From: the human T2T-CHM13v2.0 reference genome, Homo sapiens | Strand: one strand, 5' to 3' | Length of the DNA: 64,000 nt | Assembly (NCBI RefSeq): GCF_009914755.1 | Contig: NC_060946.1 | Part shown: positions 1 to 16,359 of the stretch, in pieces | Position numbering within the stretch: the first letter of the stretch is position 1 | How the letters are laid out: the number at the start of each line of letters is the position of its first letter | The notes under the pieces: generated by a model | Told to the model about the DNA's origin: nothing | The model's database searches: none | What the model saw: only the letters and a program-made list of their open reading frames with translations | Translations under genes and position numbers: made by a program

Positions 1-694
1 CACTCCAGCCTGGGTGACAGAGCAAGACTTTGTCTCTAAATAATTAAATAAATAAATATGGCTGAGCATGGTGCCTTAGGCCTGTAATCCCAACACTTTG
101 GGAGGCTGAGGCAGGTGGTTCATGAGGTCAGGAGCCCGAGACCAGCCTGGCCAAGATGGTGAAACACTGTCTCTACTAAAAATACAAAAATTAGCCAGCT
201 GTGGTGGCAGGCACCTGTAATCCCAGCTACTTGGGACACTGAGGCAGGAGAATCACTTGAAACTGGAAGTCAGAGGTTGCAGGGAGCCGAGATTGCACCA
301 CTGCACTCTAGCCTGGGCGATGGAGAAAGACTCCATCTCAAATAAATAAATTAATAAATACAGAGCAAGATTCCATCTTAAATAAATAAATAAATAAACA
401 TACACCTGTAATCCTAGCAGTTCGGGAGGCTAAGACAGGTCGATCACCTGAGGTCAGGAGTTCGAGACCAGCCTGACCAATATGGCAAAACTCCATCTCT
501 ACTAAAAATACAAAAATTAGCCAGGCGTTTTGATGTGTGCCTGTAGTCCCAGCTACTTGGGAGGCTGAGACAGGAGAATTGCTTGAACCCAAGAGGTGGA
601 GGTTGCAGTGAGCCGAGATCTCGGCTGCACTTCAGCCTGGGTGACAGAGTGAGACTGTCTCAAAAGGAATAAAAAAAATACAAAATAAAAAAAA
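1..694 (+). mobile_element. Alu cluster: Alu 3' end (1-57), full-length Alu (~60-360), duplicated 3' tip (361-398), 5'-trimmed Alu (~402-694)
   Basis: Typical Alu motifs (cctgtaatcccaacactttgggaggctgagg; ctctactaaaaatacaaaaattagcc; cactccagcctggg) with (AAAT)n or A-rich tails. Confidence 0.95.
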
Positions 695-702
695 TGTAGT
701 AA

Positions 703-2495
<1,793 letters not shown>

Positions 2496-3149
2496 TGGAG
2501 GTCTGTCTGCAGAGGCCCGGGCCCGGGCACAAAGGGAGAGAGGCCTCCATTGTCCCGCAGGGGCCGAAATGCAGACGGTGCATCCCCGGTGACCTCCGGG
2601 ACCCTTCTCTGATCACCAGGATTCTCTTGGACTCTAGGGTCCTTGTCCTGCTCAGGCATCCCTGCCCCGCTCTCCTTGAGGGCCCTCAACACTATCTTCC
2701 CTGGACACAAGTCTGGGGACAGCCGGGTGTTGTGGACCCCAAAGGGGTGACTCCCGGCTCCTGGGCCCCACAGAGAGTCCATGTTCTCAGTGCAGTGGCT
2801 GAGCTGGAGGACGCCCTGGAACTCGGAGCACACAGCACTGGCTTGCTGTGGTACCTGTGCAATCAAATTGAAGGCAGGATCCCAGGAAGGAACGCAGCGC
2901 TTGCAGGATCACCGAAAACCTTCTTAGAGTTGTCTTGACACCACTGATGTCAAGTGTCCGGGTGCTTGTAGGATGGCCTGCCACTCAGTCCACGGGCAGG
3001 AGCAACGGGGAGATCCCACAGGCAAAGTGAACTGGGGGATGGGCTGAACGGGCTCCAGGCAACTGAGCCCTACTGGCAGGTCCTCGGCCTGGGCCCGAAC
3101 AGGAAGGAGGGGCACAGAGTGCCCAGGTAACCGCTCCTGGGAGCAGTGG

Positions 3150-3480
3150 GGAACCGTCGGTTGCTTGAACTCTCGAGAGCTGGGCTCTGAGCGTCCTCGT
3201 CCAGCCGCCAACTCGGCCAAAGGCTAAGCCAGCAGTTTCTTCTGTTGCCGGGCAACGCGCCTTTTAAACCTGAGGGAGCGGGCGCGTGAGCGCATCACGG
3301 CGCCCGTGACAGAGCGAGCTTAACGGATTAATAAGCGCAGCCAGGTACCCGCGCGAGGCACTTGCTGGCAATGGCGGGAGGCGGACGTGGGGGGTCATGC
3401 AATAGGTACTGGAAGGAGAGAGGCGGGCACAAAGGTCGCGGGAGGAACAGGTGCCCACAATGGTGGCAGATCTGCCCGTG
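3150..3480 (-). promoter_or_regulatory. CpG-rich putative POM121L1P promoter with RFX X-box (3244-3256) and TATA-like TTTAAAAG (minus strand, 3261-3268)
   Basis: High local CpG density; inverted repeat GTTGCCgGGCAAC; lies ~0.4-0.7 kb upstream of the ATG. Confidence 0.55.
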
Positions 3481-3506
3481 GATCACTGAAGATTCCTGCT
3501 CTCCTG

Positions 3507-3621
3507 CTGAGGTGGAGATTGCAGTGAGCTGAGATCGCACCATTGCACTCCAGCCTGGGCAACAAGAGCGAAACTTCGTCACACACACACACACACACAC
3601 ACACAAGAAAGAAAGAAAAAA
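3507..3621 (+). mobile_element. Alu 3' fragment followed by (AC)n microsatellite (3581-3605) and an A-rich tail
   Basis: gaggtggagattgcagtgagctgagatcgcaccattgcactccagcctggg, then (ac)12. Confidence 0.88.
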
Positions 3622-3625
3622 TAGT

Positions 3626-3900
3626 GGCCAGGCGTGGAGGCTCACGCATCCCAGCATTTTGGGAGGTCGGGGCAGACGGATCACGAGATCAGGAGTTGGA
3701 GACCAGCCTGGCCAACATAGTGAAACCCCGTCTCTAGTAAAAATACAAATTTAGTCAGACATGGTGGCACGCGCCTGTAGTCCCAGCTACTCCGGCGGCT
3801 GAGACAGGAGAATCACTTGAACCCGGGGGCGGGGAAGGGATTGTGATGCGCTGAGATCGCGCCACTGCACTCCAGCCTGGGCAACAGAGTCAGACTCTCT
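3626..3900 (+). mobile_element. Alu without a poly-A tail
   Basis: ggccaggcgtggaggctcacg...cagagtcagactctct abutting the poly-T of the next Alu. Confidence 0.9.
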
Positions 3901-3901
3901 C

Positions 3902-4229
3902 TTTTTTTTTTTTTTTTTTTTTTTTTTGAGATGGAGTCTCCCTCTGTCGCCCAGGCTGGATTCCAGTGGCCTGATCTCTGGGCTCACCGCAAGCTCCGCC
4001 TACCGGGTTCACACCATTCTCCTGCCTCAGCCTCTGGAGTAGTTGGGACTACAGGCGCCCGCCACCACACCCGGCTAATTTTTTGTATTTTTAGTAGAGA
4101 CGGGGTTTCACCGTGTTAGCCAGGATGATCTCCATCTCCTGACGTCGTGATCCCCCTCCCAAAGTGCTGGCATTACAGGCCTCGGCCTCCCAAAGTGCTG
4201 GGATTACAGGCGTGAGCCACCGCGCCCGG
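3902..4229 (-). mobile_element. AluY-like element with an internal 26-bp duplication (4155-4180 / 4186-4211)
   Basis: T26, gcaagctccgcc, caccgtgttagccaggatg; cctcccaaagtgctgg(c/g)attacaggc occurs twice. Confidence 0.92.
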
Positions 4230-4399
4230 TGTTGAAACTCTCTTGAGGCATTTTCTTCGGCCTTCGGGTCCATCCTCTGTCTCCTCCTTGACCTCCTCAT
4301 CTCCTCCTCGCCGCTGCCTTGGGGACCTTGGCCAGGCTCATGGCATCCAGCAGCCACTCAATGTCAATACCTCCATGTTCATCTCTCAGCCCGCCCTTG

Positions 4400-5110
4400 C
4401 CCGTGAACCCATGCTTATTTATTTATTTTTTTTATACGTGCACCCATGCTCTTCAGGTCTGATGAAGTATCCAAAATCAAGCTCCTGACCATCCCCAAAC
4501 CTGCCCCTTCTGCAGGGTTTACCTCGCTAGTCGGCGCCATCCTTGATTCTTCTCTTTCTCCCACCCAGGCCATCATCTCTTGCCTGGTTGATACCCACAG
4601 CCTCCCCTTTGGGCTTTATCCTTATCCCCGTCATAGCTGCCAGAGGGACCCTGTGAAAACACTCCCCAGCCTGCTCATTCTTCTGCCCTAAGCCTGCATG
4701 GCACAGAGCAAAAGCCAGTTGTTATGGGACCTAGGAGGTCCTGTGGGATGGGCCCCAGCCTGCATCTTCATCCTCTTCTCCCCACCCCACTCCATTCACT
4801 CTCTGCCTATCGCTCACCAGCCTATACCACCTGCCTCAGGGCCTTTGCACTGACCATTTAGGCCACATTCCAGGCTCTTTTCACACGTTGCCTCCTCTGA
4901 GAAGCCCTCCCTGACCACTCTGCCCATACCTCATGCCTCTTGATTCCCCTTACCTGGCTTGTGGTTTCAGCACTTTCCCTGTGTGTGTTTGTTTTTCTTG
5001 GCATGAGGGCAGGACCTAAGTGTCTGTTCCCTGTTGATTCCCCAGTTCCAGGCATGCAGTGCAAATTCTAGAAATATTTTTTGCATGAAGGAATGAGTGA
5101 TTGAATGCAG
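4400..5110 (+). mobile_element. Degenerate L2 LINE 3' portion (in GGT1-derived intron)
   Basis: L2-like 3' end: ccccagttccaggcatgcagtg...aaatattttttgcatgaaggaatgagtgattgaatg; also ctcagggcctttgcactg. Boundaries approximate. Confidence 0.6.
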
Positions 5111-5288
5111 CAAGGGTCTGGAGGCTGAGGACCAGGCAGACAGACATTCAGAGTTGCTGGAATGCGACAGAGACAGGGAGTCAGACTGGTCATGCAAGAT
5201 CCTGGGCCTGCCCTTGGGTCCTGGGGAGCCACGGAAGGTTGTGGGTGCCAGAGGGTTGTGGTCAGAGCCACAGTCAGGGGCCTTCTGA

Positions 5289-6759
<1,471 letters not shown>

Positions 6760-6867
6760 GTGCTCCAGGAGGACAAGGCTGACAAGCAATCCAGGGACAA
6801 GATACTCACCAGGACCAGGAAGGGGACTCTGGGGGACTGGCTTCCCCTGTGAGCAGCAGAGCAGCAC

Positions 6868-6873
6868 AATAAA
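6868..6873 (+). terminator. Polyadenylation signal AATAAA for GGTLC2
   Basis: AATAAA ~110 nt after the stop codon. Confidence 0.8.
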
Positions 6874-7930
6874 TGAGGCCACTGTGCCAGGCTCCAGGTG
6901 GCCTCCCTGCCCTGTCTCCCCACTCTCTGGGCCTCAGTGTATTGTGTGTGAAATGGAGCCATCTGACTGGGGAGGAACAGAGAGGTGGGATTCGGAGATC
7001 TTCACAATGCGGACACTGGAACTAGCCTCAGCATCTTCAGCATGGGGAGAGCCAGGCACATGGCTGGGGGCCAGGGGAAGGTTCACACCAAGCCCTGCCC
7101 CTTTCCACCCTGATCCCTCGGACTTTGGGGCCAGGCCCTCCCTTACTGGGGCTGGGCAGTGACACTACCTAGGATCAGCCACCAGGGGGTGCCACGACCC
7201 TGGCACTTTCTTAGGCAGAGGGTGGCCAGCTGATGCTGGGAACCCGGGCGCCTTCTCAGACCCGTAGGCGTCCAGCTCACCCTGCCGATGACACTGGAGG
7301 TGAAGCTGAGGTCCGAGGAATGGGGACTGGGCAACAGGCTGGAGGAAAACATCTCGGTCAGAGCCACGCCCCTGGGGGGTTTCCAAGAGCAAGCCCAGAG
7401 TGAAACCCAAGCTTGTGATCCTCTCCAGAGGGAGGCCTGGTTCTCAGGGAACAGCAAACGGGAAGATGTCCCCAGATCCCAGGGATCAGGGCTTGGACCA
7501 GCCGGGGACGCAGCCCAGAGGGAGTGGGTCCAGAAGGAAACAGCTAGACACAGCAGCCTTCACCATCCGCAGCCCCTCCAGGCCTCCCTCGGGGCCTGCT
7601 CCCTCCTCTGTGCACAGTTCCAACACCTGGGGCAGGGTTCTGGGAAGGGCTGGTGGAGGTGGGCTGGTGGGAGGCGGTGATCACAGCCCAGCACCTGGAT
7701 ATCACCAGGGGCACTGGGGCCAGGGGCCAGGTGAGGCCAGGTCGGGGCTATCCTTCAGGAGCCCCGAAAACCTGGTGATTCCAAAGGGCCCATAGACAAA
7801 CAGGGTTTTATGCCTGTGGAGTCAAGTCCCACTGGGTCTGAGCTCTGCAGGGCTGTGTCTCTGGGGCTCTGCAGGGGTGAGATGGAGGTGGGCTCAAATG
7901 GTGTACAAGTCACTCCTCAATCCTTATTTT

Positions 7931-8082
7931 ATTTATTTAATTTTTTTAAAAAAAATTTAAACCAATAGAGATGGGGACTCACTATGTTGACCAGGCTGGT
8001 CTTAACTCCTGACTTCAAGCAGTCCCCCCATCTCAGTCTCCCAAAATGCTAAAATTACAGGGGTGAGCCAGTGCACCCAGCC
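7931..8082 (-). mobile_element. FLAM / old Alu left monomer with target-site duplication
   Basis: TSD tcaatccttatttt at 7917-7930 and 8083-8096. Confidence 0.85.
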
Positions 8083-8365
8083 TCAATCCTTATTTTGGCC
8101 TGAGAGGAAAGGCCGTGGCCCCATTTGCAGGGGAGAAGACTGAAGCTGGAGGGGCAGGCCTTGCTCTGGGTTGCACAGCAGCAAGAGAAGTGGGAGCTGG
8201 CCACGAGGCTTCCTCGACTCGACACACTGGTGGGGTACACCCTGGTTCTCCAGGTCCCATGGGGCTCAGCCCAGGACTACCTCGGGGGGTGAGGTACTTA
8301 AATCCTCTCCTTCATTCTCATCGCCCTTTCCCCCATCATTTCCTGAGGAAGAACATTCAGGGACC

Positions 8366-9336
8366 TGAAGGGGTGGCCTGCCCCTCCACATCTGTGGGTG
8401 TTTCTCATCAGGTGGGACAAGAGACTGAGAAAAGAAAGAGACACAGAGACAAAGTATAGAGAAAGAAAAGTGGGCCCAGGGGACCTGCGCTCAGCATACG
8501 GAGGCCCCACGCTGGCACCAGTCTCTGAGTTCCCTAGTATTTATTGATCATTATCTCTACCATCTCAGAGAGGGGGATGTGGCAGGACAATATGGTAATA
8601 GTGGGGAGAGGGTCAGCAGGAAAACATGTGAACAAATGTCTCTGTGTCATAAACAAGGTTAAGAAAAAGGTGCTGTGCTTTGATGGCATATACATAAACA
8701 TCTCAATGCATTAAAGAGCAGTATTGCCACCAGCATGTCCCACCTCCAGCCCTAAGGCAGTTTTCTCCTATCTCAGTAGATGGAATATACAATTGGGTTT
8801 TACACCGAGACATTCCTTTGCCCAGGGACGATCAGGAGAGAGATGCCTTCCTCTTATCTCAACTGCAAAGAGGCCTTCCTTCCTCTTATACTAATCCTCC
8901 TCAGCACAGACCCTTTACAGGTGTCGGGCTGGGGGACGGTCAGGTCTTTCCCTTCCCACGAGGCCATATTTCAGACTGTCACCTGGGGAGAAACCTTGAA
9001 CAATACCTGGCTTTCCTAGGCAGAGGTCCCTGCGGCCTTCTGCAGTGTTTTGTGTCCCTGCTTACTTGAGATTAGGGAGTGGTGATGACTCTTAACAAGC
9101 ATGCTGCCTTCAAGCATTTGTTTAACAAAGCACATCCTGCACAGCCCTTAATCCATTAAACCTTGAGTCGACACAGTACATGTTTCTGTGAGCACAGGGT
9201 TGGGGCTAGGGTTACAGATTAACGGCATCTCAAGGCAAAAGAATTTTTCTTACTACACAACAAAATGGAGCCTCTTACGTCTACTTCTTTCTACATAGAC
9301 ACAGTAACAGTCTGATATCTCTTTCTTTTCCCCACA
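8366..9336 (-). mobile_element. HERV-K(HML-2) solo LTR (LTR5A/LTR5B type), 971 bp
   Basis: Minus strand begins TGTGGGGAAAAGAAAGAGA and ends GGGGCAGGCCACCCCTTCA (TG...CA); 6-bp TSD GGGACC at 8360-8365 and 9337-9342. Confidence 0.95.
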
Positions 9337-10879
9337 GGGACCTTCCTGGCTGTGCCTCGGGTCAGGACCAGAATGACACCCATTCATTTCCCTGGGCCTT
9401 TGCTCCGGTGGTCCCCGCACCCTGGCCTCTGCCTGACGAGGATGGTGGGGAGAGGAGGGGGGACGTCCCCCACACTGCTGTCTCCACTGTTCCTGCTGCC
9501 CAGGCCTCTGGGCTTCCAGGACTACAGCGGGTGGGTGGGTGGGCTGGCCTGAGCCCAGGAATGCACTTCAGTTCCTGGTTGAGCAATGTCACTGAGGCTT
9601 GGGAGTCGGGTGGGGGCGGGAGGAGGCGTCCACAGGCCCCCCCTACCGTGAGAGGCAGCCGTGGGAACAGCCTACCTCTAAACAATCACTGCAGCCCAGG
9701 CTGACCAGGGGCTCTGGCCGGACATAGGGGCCTGGCAGGCTGTGTGCCCTGTAAGGACACAGTCTGTCTCTGTGCCTCAGTTTCTCTGCTGCCCAGATGG
9801 AGGGGCCCAGACTCCAGGTGTACACATCTGGAGCAGGCAGTGTTCAGTTGGGGAGGAAGCGGGGAGGACTGTGGGGGCCATGTGGGAAGGATTCCACCCC
9901 ACATCACCTGCACCCCTGCTGAGCCTGGTCAACGGAGCCCCTCAGTGGGTCCTCACTCTCCTGGCTGCCTCCCATTTAGGCACCCTGAGGCCTGGGGAGA
10001 ACAGAGCCAGGCCAGTGTCCCCAGAGAGGCTGCGCTGCCAGCACAGTAGTAGCGGATTTGGATTCAGGGAAGCAGACCTGCAGCCAGGGTGGGAAAGAGC
10101 TGCAGGCGGGGTGGAGCCCCCACATGGCACAGCCCCCCTCCCTGGAGGTCCATGCTGCATTTCCAGGACAGCAAGTCCCAGGGATGGATGGTGCCTGGTG
10201 CCAAGGGCTAGAGGCATGGTCTGTCTGCATTCCCTACAGGGGCATCTTGTAGTCACCAGCATTTGATGCTGTCAAGTCCCCCTGTCCTCTGTGCAGACTG
10301 GGAAGCCCTTGGTCACCCTGGGGGGTGGGGGGACCCAGGCCAGGCTGCAGAAGCATAAGGACTTGAACCCGGGTCCTGAGTGACACCACCTTGGGTCCTC
10401 CTCCCTCTGCCTCTGTTCAGCTCCACCTTGATGCTGACTAGGCTGGGCCATGCGGAGAGGGTTAGGGGATAGAGATGAGAGCTGGGGAGCAGGGCTCCAC
10501 TCTGGGAGGGGGGCAGCCTTGCGGGATCCAGGGCAGAGTTAAGCGGCCCCAGCTCCGCTTTCCTAGAGCTGCTGAGAACCCGGGAAATGGTGTGGAGGTT
10601 CCGGGGAGCCCTGCCCCTACCTGGCAACCGCAGTGCAACAGGCACCAAGTTCTCCTGCACATTGCGACAGTGTGACCCTGGGCTCTGGCGGGCGGTAGGT
10701 GGGGCCTTTGGACCTACCAGCAGTGAGGGAGTTAACACAGCAGCTGACTTCTCTAGGCAAGGAAAACTCCCCTCAGACGCTTTGCTGCCTGGCCTCCTGC
10801 CAGCAACAAGCAGGAGCTGAAAACTAGAAGCTGAGGCATGAGTTTGGTCACTCCGTAGTGTGCACTTGGTGAGGGCAGC

Positions 10880-11378
10880 AGCTGGCCACAGCTGCCAGCC
10901 GTCTGTCCATTCACCCATCTGTCCATCTGGCAGCCCGCTGTTCAGACCTGTCTGTCTGTCCGCCCATCTGTAAGCCCATCTCTGTCCCATTGTCTATCTG
11001 ACCATCTTTCTCTTACTGTCCTCTTTGTCTAGCTATCTGGCCTGTCTGTCGATCCATCTTCGTGTCTGTCTTCAGCCCCCACCTGTTTGTCCATCTGTCC
11101 AATTACCTGTGAGTCTATCTATGCATCTTCTTGTCCATTCATCTGCCCACCCATCTGTCCCTCCGTCTGCCCACCGGCCTCCCCTCTCCTTCTGGGCCGC
11201 AGAGCCACGGCCCAGGACTGCAGAGCCATGGTTGGCCTGGTCCTGCTGGGGCTGGGGCTGGCGCTGGCTGTCATTGTGCTGGCTGTGGTCCTCTCTCGAC
11301 ACCAGGCCCCATTTGACCCCCGGCCTTTGCCCACGCCGCTGTTGCTGCTGACTCCAAGGTCTGCTCGGATATTGGACA
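10880..11378 (+). pseudogene. GGT5 exon-1 remnant (TCTG/TCCA-rich 5' UTR plus signal-anchor coding part, 11207-11378)
   Basis: Encodes TAQDCRAMVGLVLLGLGLALAVIVLAVVLSRHQAP and, after a 1-nt deletion near 11321, AFAHAAVAADSKVCSDIG, matching the GGT5 N-terminus. Start codon is ACG at 11207. Donor gtgagt at 11379 is intact. 5' boundary approximate. Confidence 0.85.
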
Positions 11379-11438
11379 GTGAGTGAGATGTGGGAGGAAG
11401 CTGGGTGGCCCTTGGCAGCCAGCCCCTCCTGGAGAAGG

Positions 11439-11870
11439 CGTGTGTGTGTAAGCATGTGTGTGTGTGTGAGAGATTATGTGTGTGTGTGTGGGTATGTGAG
11501 TGTGAGTGTGGGGTGTGGGTGTGTGTAAATGTGTGTGATTGTGTTTGGGTGTGTGTATGTGTGAGTGTGTGGGTGTGTGGGGGTGTGTGAGTGTGAGTGT
11601 GTGGGGGGGTGTGGGGGGGTGTGAATGTGTGTGATTGTGTTTTGCTGTGTGAGAGTGTGTGTGACTATGAGTGTGTGAGTGTGTGTTGGTGTGTGGGTGT
11701 GTGTAAATGTGTGTGATTGTGTGTGTGAGTGTATGTGTGGGTGTTTGTGGGTGTGTGTGAGTGTGTGAGTGTGAGTATGGGGGTGTGGGTGTGTGTGAAT
11801 GTGTGTGATTGTGTGTGGGTATGTGTATGTGTGGGTGTGTGTGTGCATGTGTGTGTGTGTGCGCGCACGT
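11439..11870. repeat. Compound (TG)n / TGAG / TGGG low-complexity tract
   Basis: ~430 bp of interrupted TG repeats. Confidence 0.95.
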
Positions 11871-13256
11871 GCACTGGCCCAGGAAGCAGGAGCCGTGTGT
11901 GTGGGCTTCAGCACCTGCAGGACTTGAGCGCAAGGAGACAGCCTCAGGGCCCTTGCACAGAACAGGTGGCAGGGTGTGCCCGTGGGGCAGATGGGGACTT
12001 GGGGACAATGGTGGTGTGTGAGTCCATACCTGGCTCCAGGATTCAGGAGGCCCATTTGCATATCCCAGGTGGGAACCTGTCTGGCCCCGGCTGACCCTGC
12101 TGGCCGGTGCAGGCCCCTTCAGTGAGGCCAATTCTCCAAGGCTGCGGTCTTCTCCCAGGGTCATGGGTGAAGGGGTTTGGAGGCTCCCTGCGTGGGTACT
12201 GGCCTGCTGGGGTACACACAATGCTGCCATAGCCAGTCTGCCCCTACACCCAGCCCGGGGCCACATCTCAGGTCTCTCAGTCCTGAGGAGCCCGGTGCCC
12301 CACCCCTCACATCCTCTCTCCCTGAGTCAGGGCCTGGGTCTCGTGAGCTGAGTGACTGATACTTGGTGTCCTGGATGAGGGCGTGGTGGAGAGGGGCCAC
12401 AGCGGGTGTTTCCTGACCCTCTTCCAGGAAGGTGCTGCTGCCGCTGCAGGGAGGACACATACAGGATGCCCCTTCCTGCCCCCTGCCTCCCATTGGGCCC
12501 ACAAAAGCCAGGGCAAGCCTCCCCTCCCTGCCAGCCACCTGGTCTGCTTCCCAGAAATTCTGTCTTGCAGGCTGTTGGGAGGATCCCAGTACTTTGTAAA
12601 CTAAAGCAAGGGAGGAGTGGCCGTTCTCTCTCTTTGCTCATTCATTCACCTTTTCATTCATTCCTTCTTCCCTCCATTCCCCCATCTGTCCATCCTTCCC
12701 TGCCCTGATTGCTCATGCCACCCCCCCTCCAGCCCCTCCTGACCTGGTCCTTTGGTTTCTCTTCAGGGCTTTCTGTCTCCTCCCACAGGGCTGAGAATGG
12801 CAGCTCAGGGACAAGTGGGGGCTGGGGACTGCTTAGTCTCCCCAGTGGCTCTCAGGGGATTTGAGGGTTTGACGCCAGCTGCCACCCCAGGCTGTGCCCC
12901 TCCTCTGCTCAGGAGGACATGCAGAGATGCGACACCCACTTAAACTCGAAGTTGCAAAGATGCAAATGAGACTGGGGTCTCAGGCACCAGAGACCACCCA
13001 TGGGCACGTGGCTTTTGGGAGTGGGGACCTGCTGCCACAGATCTCTGAAGAGTCTGGACCTGCTGGGTCTCCCCGAGTGACTGTCTGGGGGTCTCCATAG
13101 CATGCCCTGCTGTGTGCGTGACGGTCACTGGTTGGGTAGGGGTCTCTACTCTAAAGCTCCCTCTGCCGGCATCCCCTTGAACTCTCCCTTGGTGAAGAGA
13201 GGATGTGGTTTTCCCCCAGTGTTTTATCAAACAACTCTCTCCACTTCCTGTTTTAA

Positions 13257-13818
<562 letters not shown>

Positions 13819-13895
13819 TCATCTCCTACTCTTTCAGCACCAGGTTTTATTCTTGGGATTCTGCTACAGCCGCAGCCCCTGGGTGCGAGCTCCTA

Positions 13896-14192
<297 letters not shown>

Positions 14193-14614
14193 TTAATAAA
14201 TCTGAGGGCATAAAATGTGAACATATACTGTTTCCATCCCACATGAAGGCACATGTGTCTGAGCCTACTCTCTGGGAGGAATAGAGATCTCAGTTTCCAC
14301 ATCAGGGTTGCATTCTATGCACCTGCAGCCATGTTATTCTGCTGTAGCAGATGCTACACTTGGCACCGACATTGCAGATGGGACCATGACCTTACTGGAG
14401 TTGTAGAAATCTACTTTCACCTTCCAGAATCCATTTAATGTTTATAGGAGCTAGTCCAAGAAATTAGATGGAAATAAAGTCCTGCTACAACCTGAGAATC
14501 TTTAGGCCTTTAAAGGTAACACTATTACATGCAACTCCCAATGAAGGGTGAAGCATGATTATTATTTACCTTTTTTGATGGGGTGAAATGGGGAGAGAGT
14601 TGGAATTCATCACA

Positions 14615-14797
14615 TACATAAAAGGCAGGTCGTATAAATGTTAGTGTTTGTGAGTCACAAGGTCTGTCTTGCAGCGACTCAGATCTGCACTTGTGGCATG
14701 AAAGCAGCCATTGACTGAACATAAATGAAGGGATATGGGTTTGTTTAATGAAACTTTATGTACAAACGTAGGTAGTCACTATGGTTTGCTGACCCCA
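14615..14797 (+). mobile_element. MER58A (hAT-Charlie MITE)
   Basis: actcagatctgcacttgtggcatgaaagcagccatt...gaaactttatgtacaaa...gtttgctgacccc resembles the MER58A consensus. Confidence 0.7.
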
Positions 14798-15956
14798 GCT
14801 TTTCCATTGCCCCATGGAACTTTCTTTGGGATGCCTTTTTGCAGTGGGTTCTAGGTGAGAAAAATTGGCTCGGATCTGGATGCTGAAGTTGAGACTGGTG
14901 CTGTCATGTGGCTACTGCCCTCGTCCATCCTGGGTGACTTCTGACTGTTGTGATGAGCAGGGCCCTTTGTGGCTGCCTAGCTCCTGGTGCCAAGAATGAT
15001 GAACCCTCTGCATTGCCCTCTGCAAGGCAGACCACAGGACAGCCACCCTGAATTGCTCGTTCTCACTGTGTCCACCTTGCCTAAGATGGTTGGGCACATT
15101 CACTGGCTGGTTAATTCCAGATAGTGTTATCTCATTAATGCCAGGCAGTACCTTCTAGAAGAGGCTCCTACCATCTGCACTAGACTATGGAGCTTCTCCG
15201 GGGTGCTAGTGCTCTGTCACCTGAATATGCTTCAGGGATTTGCTAAACAGAATGTCCTTCAGGCCCTCCCATAGAACACAGGGAAACATTTTGTTTTCCC
15301 TTGTGTGACTGCAAAAGGGAAAACAAAAATAAGCCTGGGAAAGGGTGATTTAGGACTTTGATGATGTCGAGGCTGGGAACTCCCATCAGAGTTTCTATAT
15401 ATGATGGGGAGGGGCCAATTTTTTGAAAGTCAGCATTGACTGGCCATTGGACACAGGTGGCCCTACATTGACTCTCTCTTGCCCAGGACCTCTCCTCAAA
15501 AAGTCTCAGGTGATTCAGCCCCACAGCAGCAGGGGCACGACACCTTCTGTCCTGAAGGCTGATAACCGGTGATGTGGACAGCTGCCATTCACTCTGGGGA
15601 AGATGCTGCCTAATTCCACACCCACCGCCTGCATGTCTAGTGAGAGCCTGCCTATTCCTATGGGGACACCCCAAAATTAGCTCCACCAAGAAGCCTCCTC
15701 CACCTCCATTCTCCACAGAAGACACTCATCTTATATGCTTGGCTACAGGTCCTGTTTGCTCTGCTATTATCCCTATCACCTGTCCCTGTCTGTTCAATTG
15801 TCTCACATGAGCAGAGAGACGATGTCTCATTCAGCCTTATTTCCCATGGGTATTAATAAATATTCATTGAGTCAATTAAAAATTCATGTAATAACCTATC
15901 AATGCATGTCTCTGTGTGAGGTAAAGAAAGCATCCTGATTGTAAATATAACTCTCA

Positions 15957-16268
<312 letters not shown>

Positions 16269-16359
16269 TTACAGATTATCTTGGCTTTTATTCCTTTATT
16301 CTACCAATAAGTTGTTAGCCTCTCTTATGTGCCATTTGTTACAAAAAATCAGCTGTCAT

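Noticed and set aside
2783-2866. N-terminal 28-aa extension in the 456-aa ORF call
   Set aside because: Begins at a non-ATG codon; the first ATG is at 2782
11271-12266. 331-aa and 195-aa His/Thr-rich ORFs
   Set aside because: Run through the (TG)n tract; low-complexity artefact
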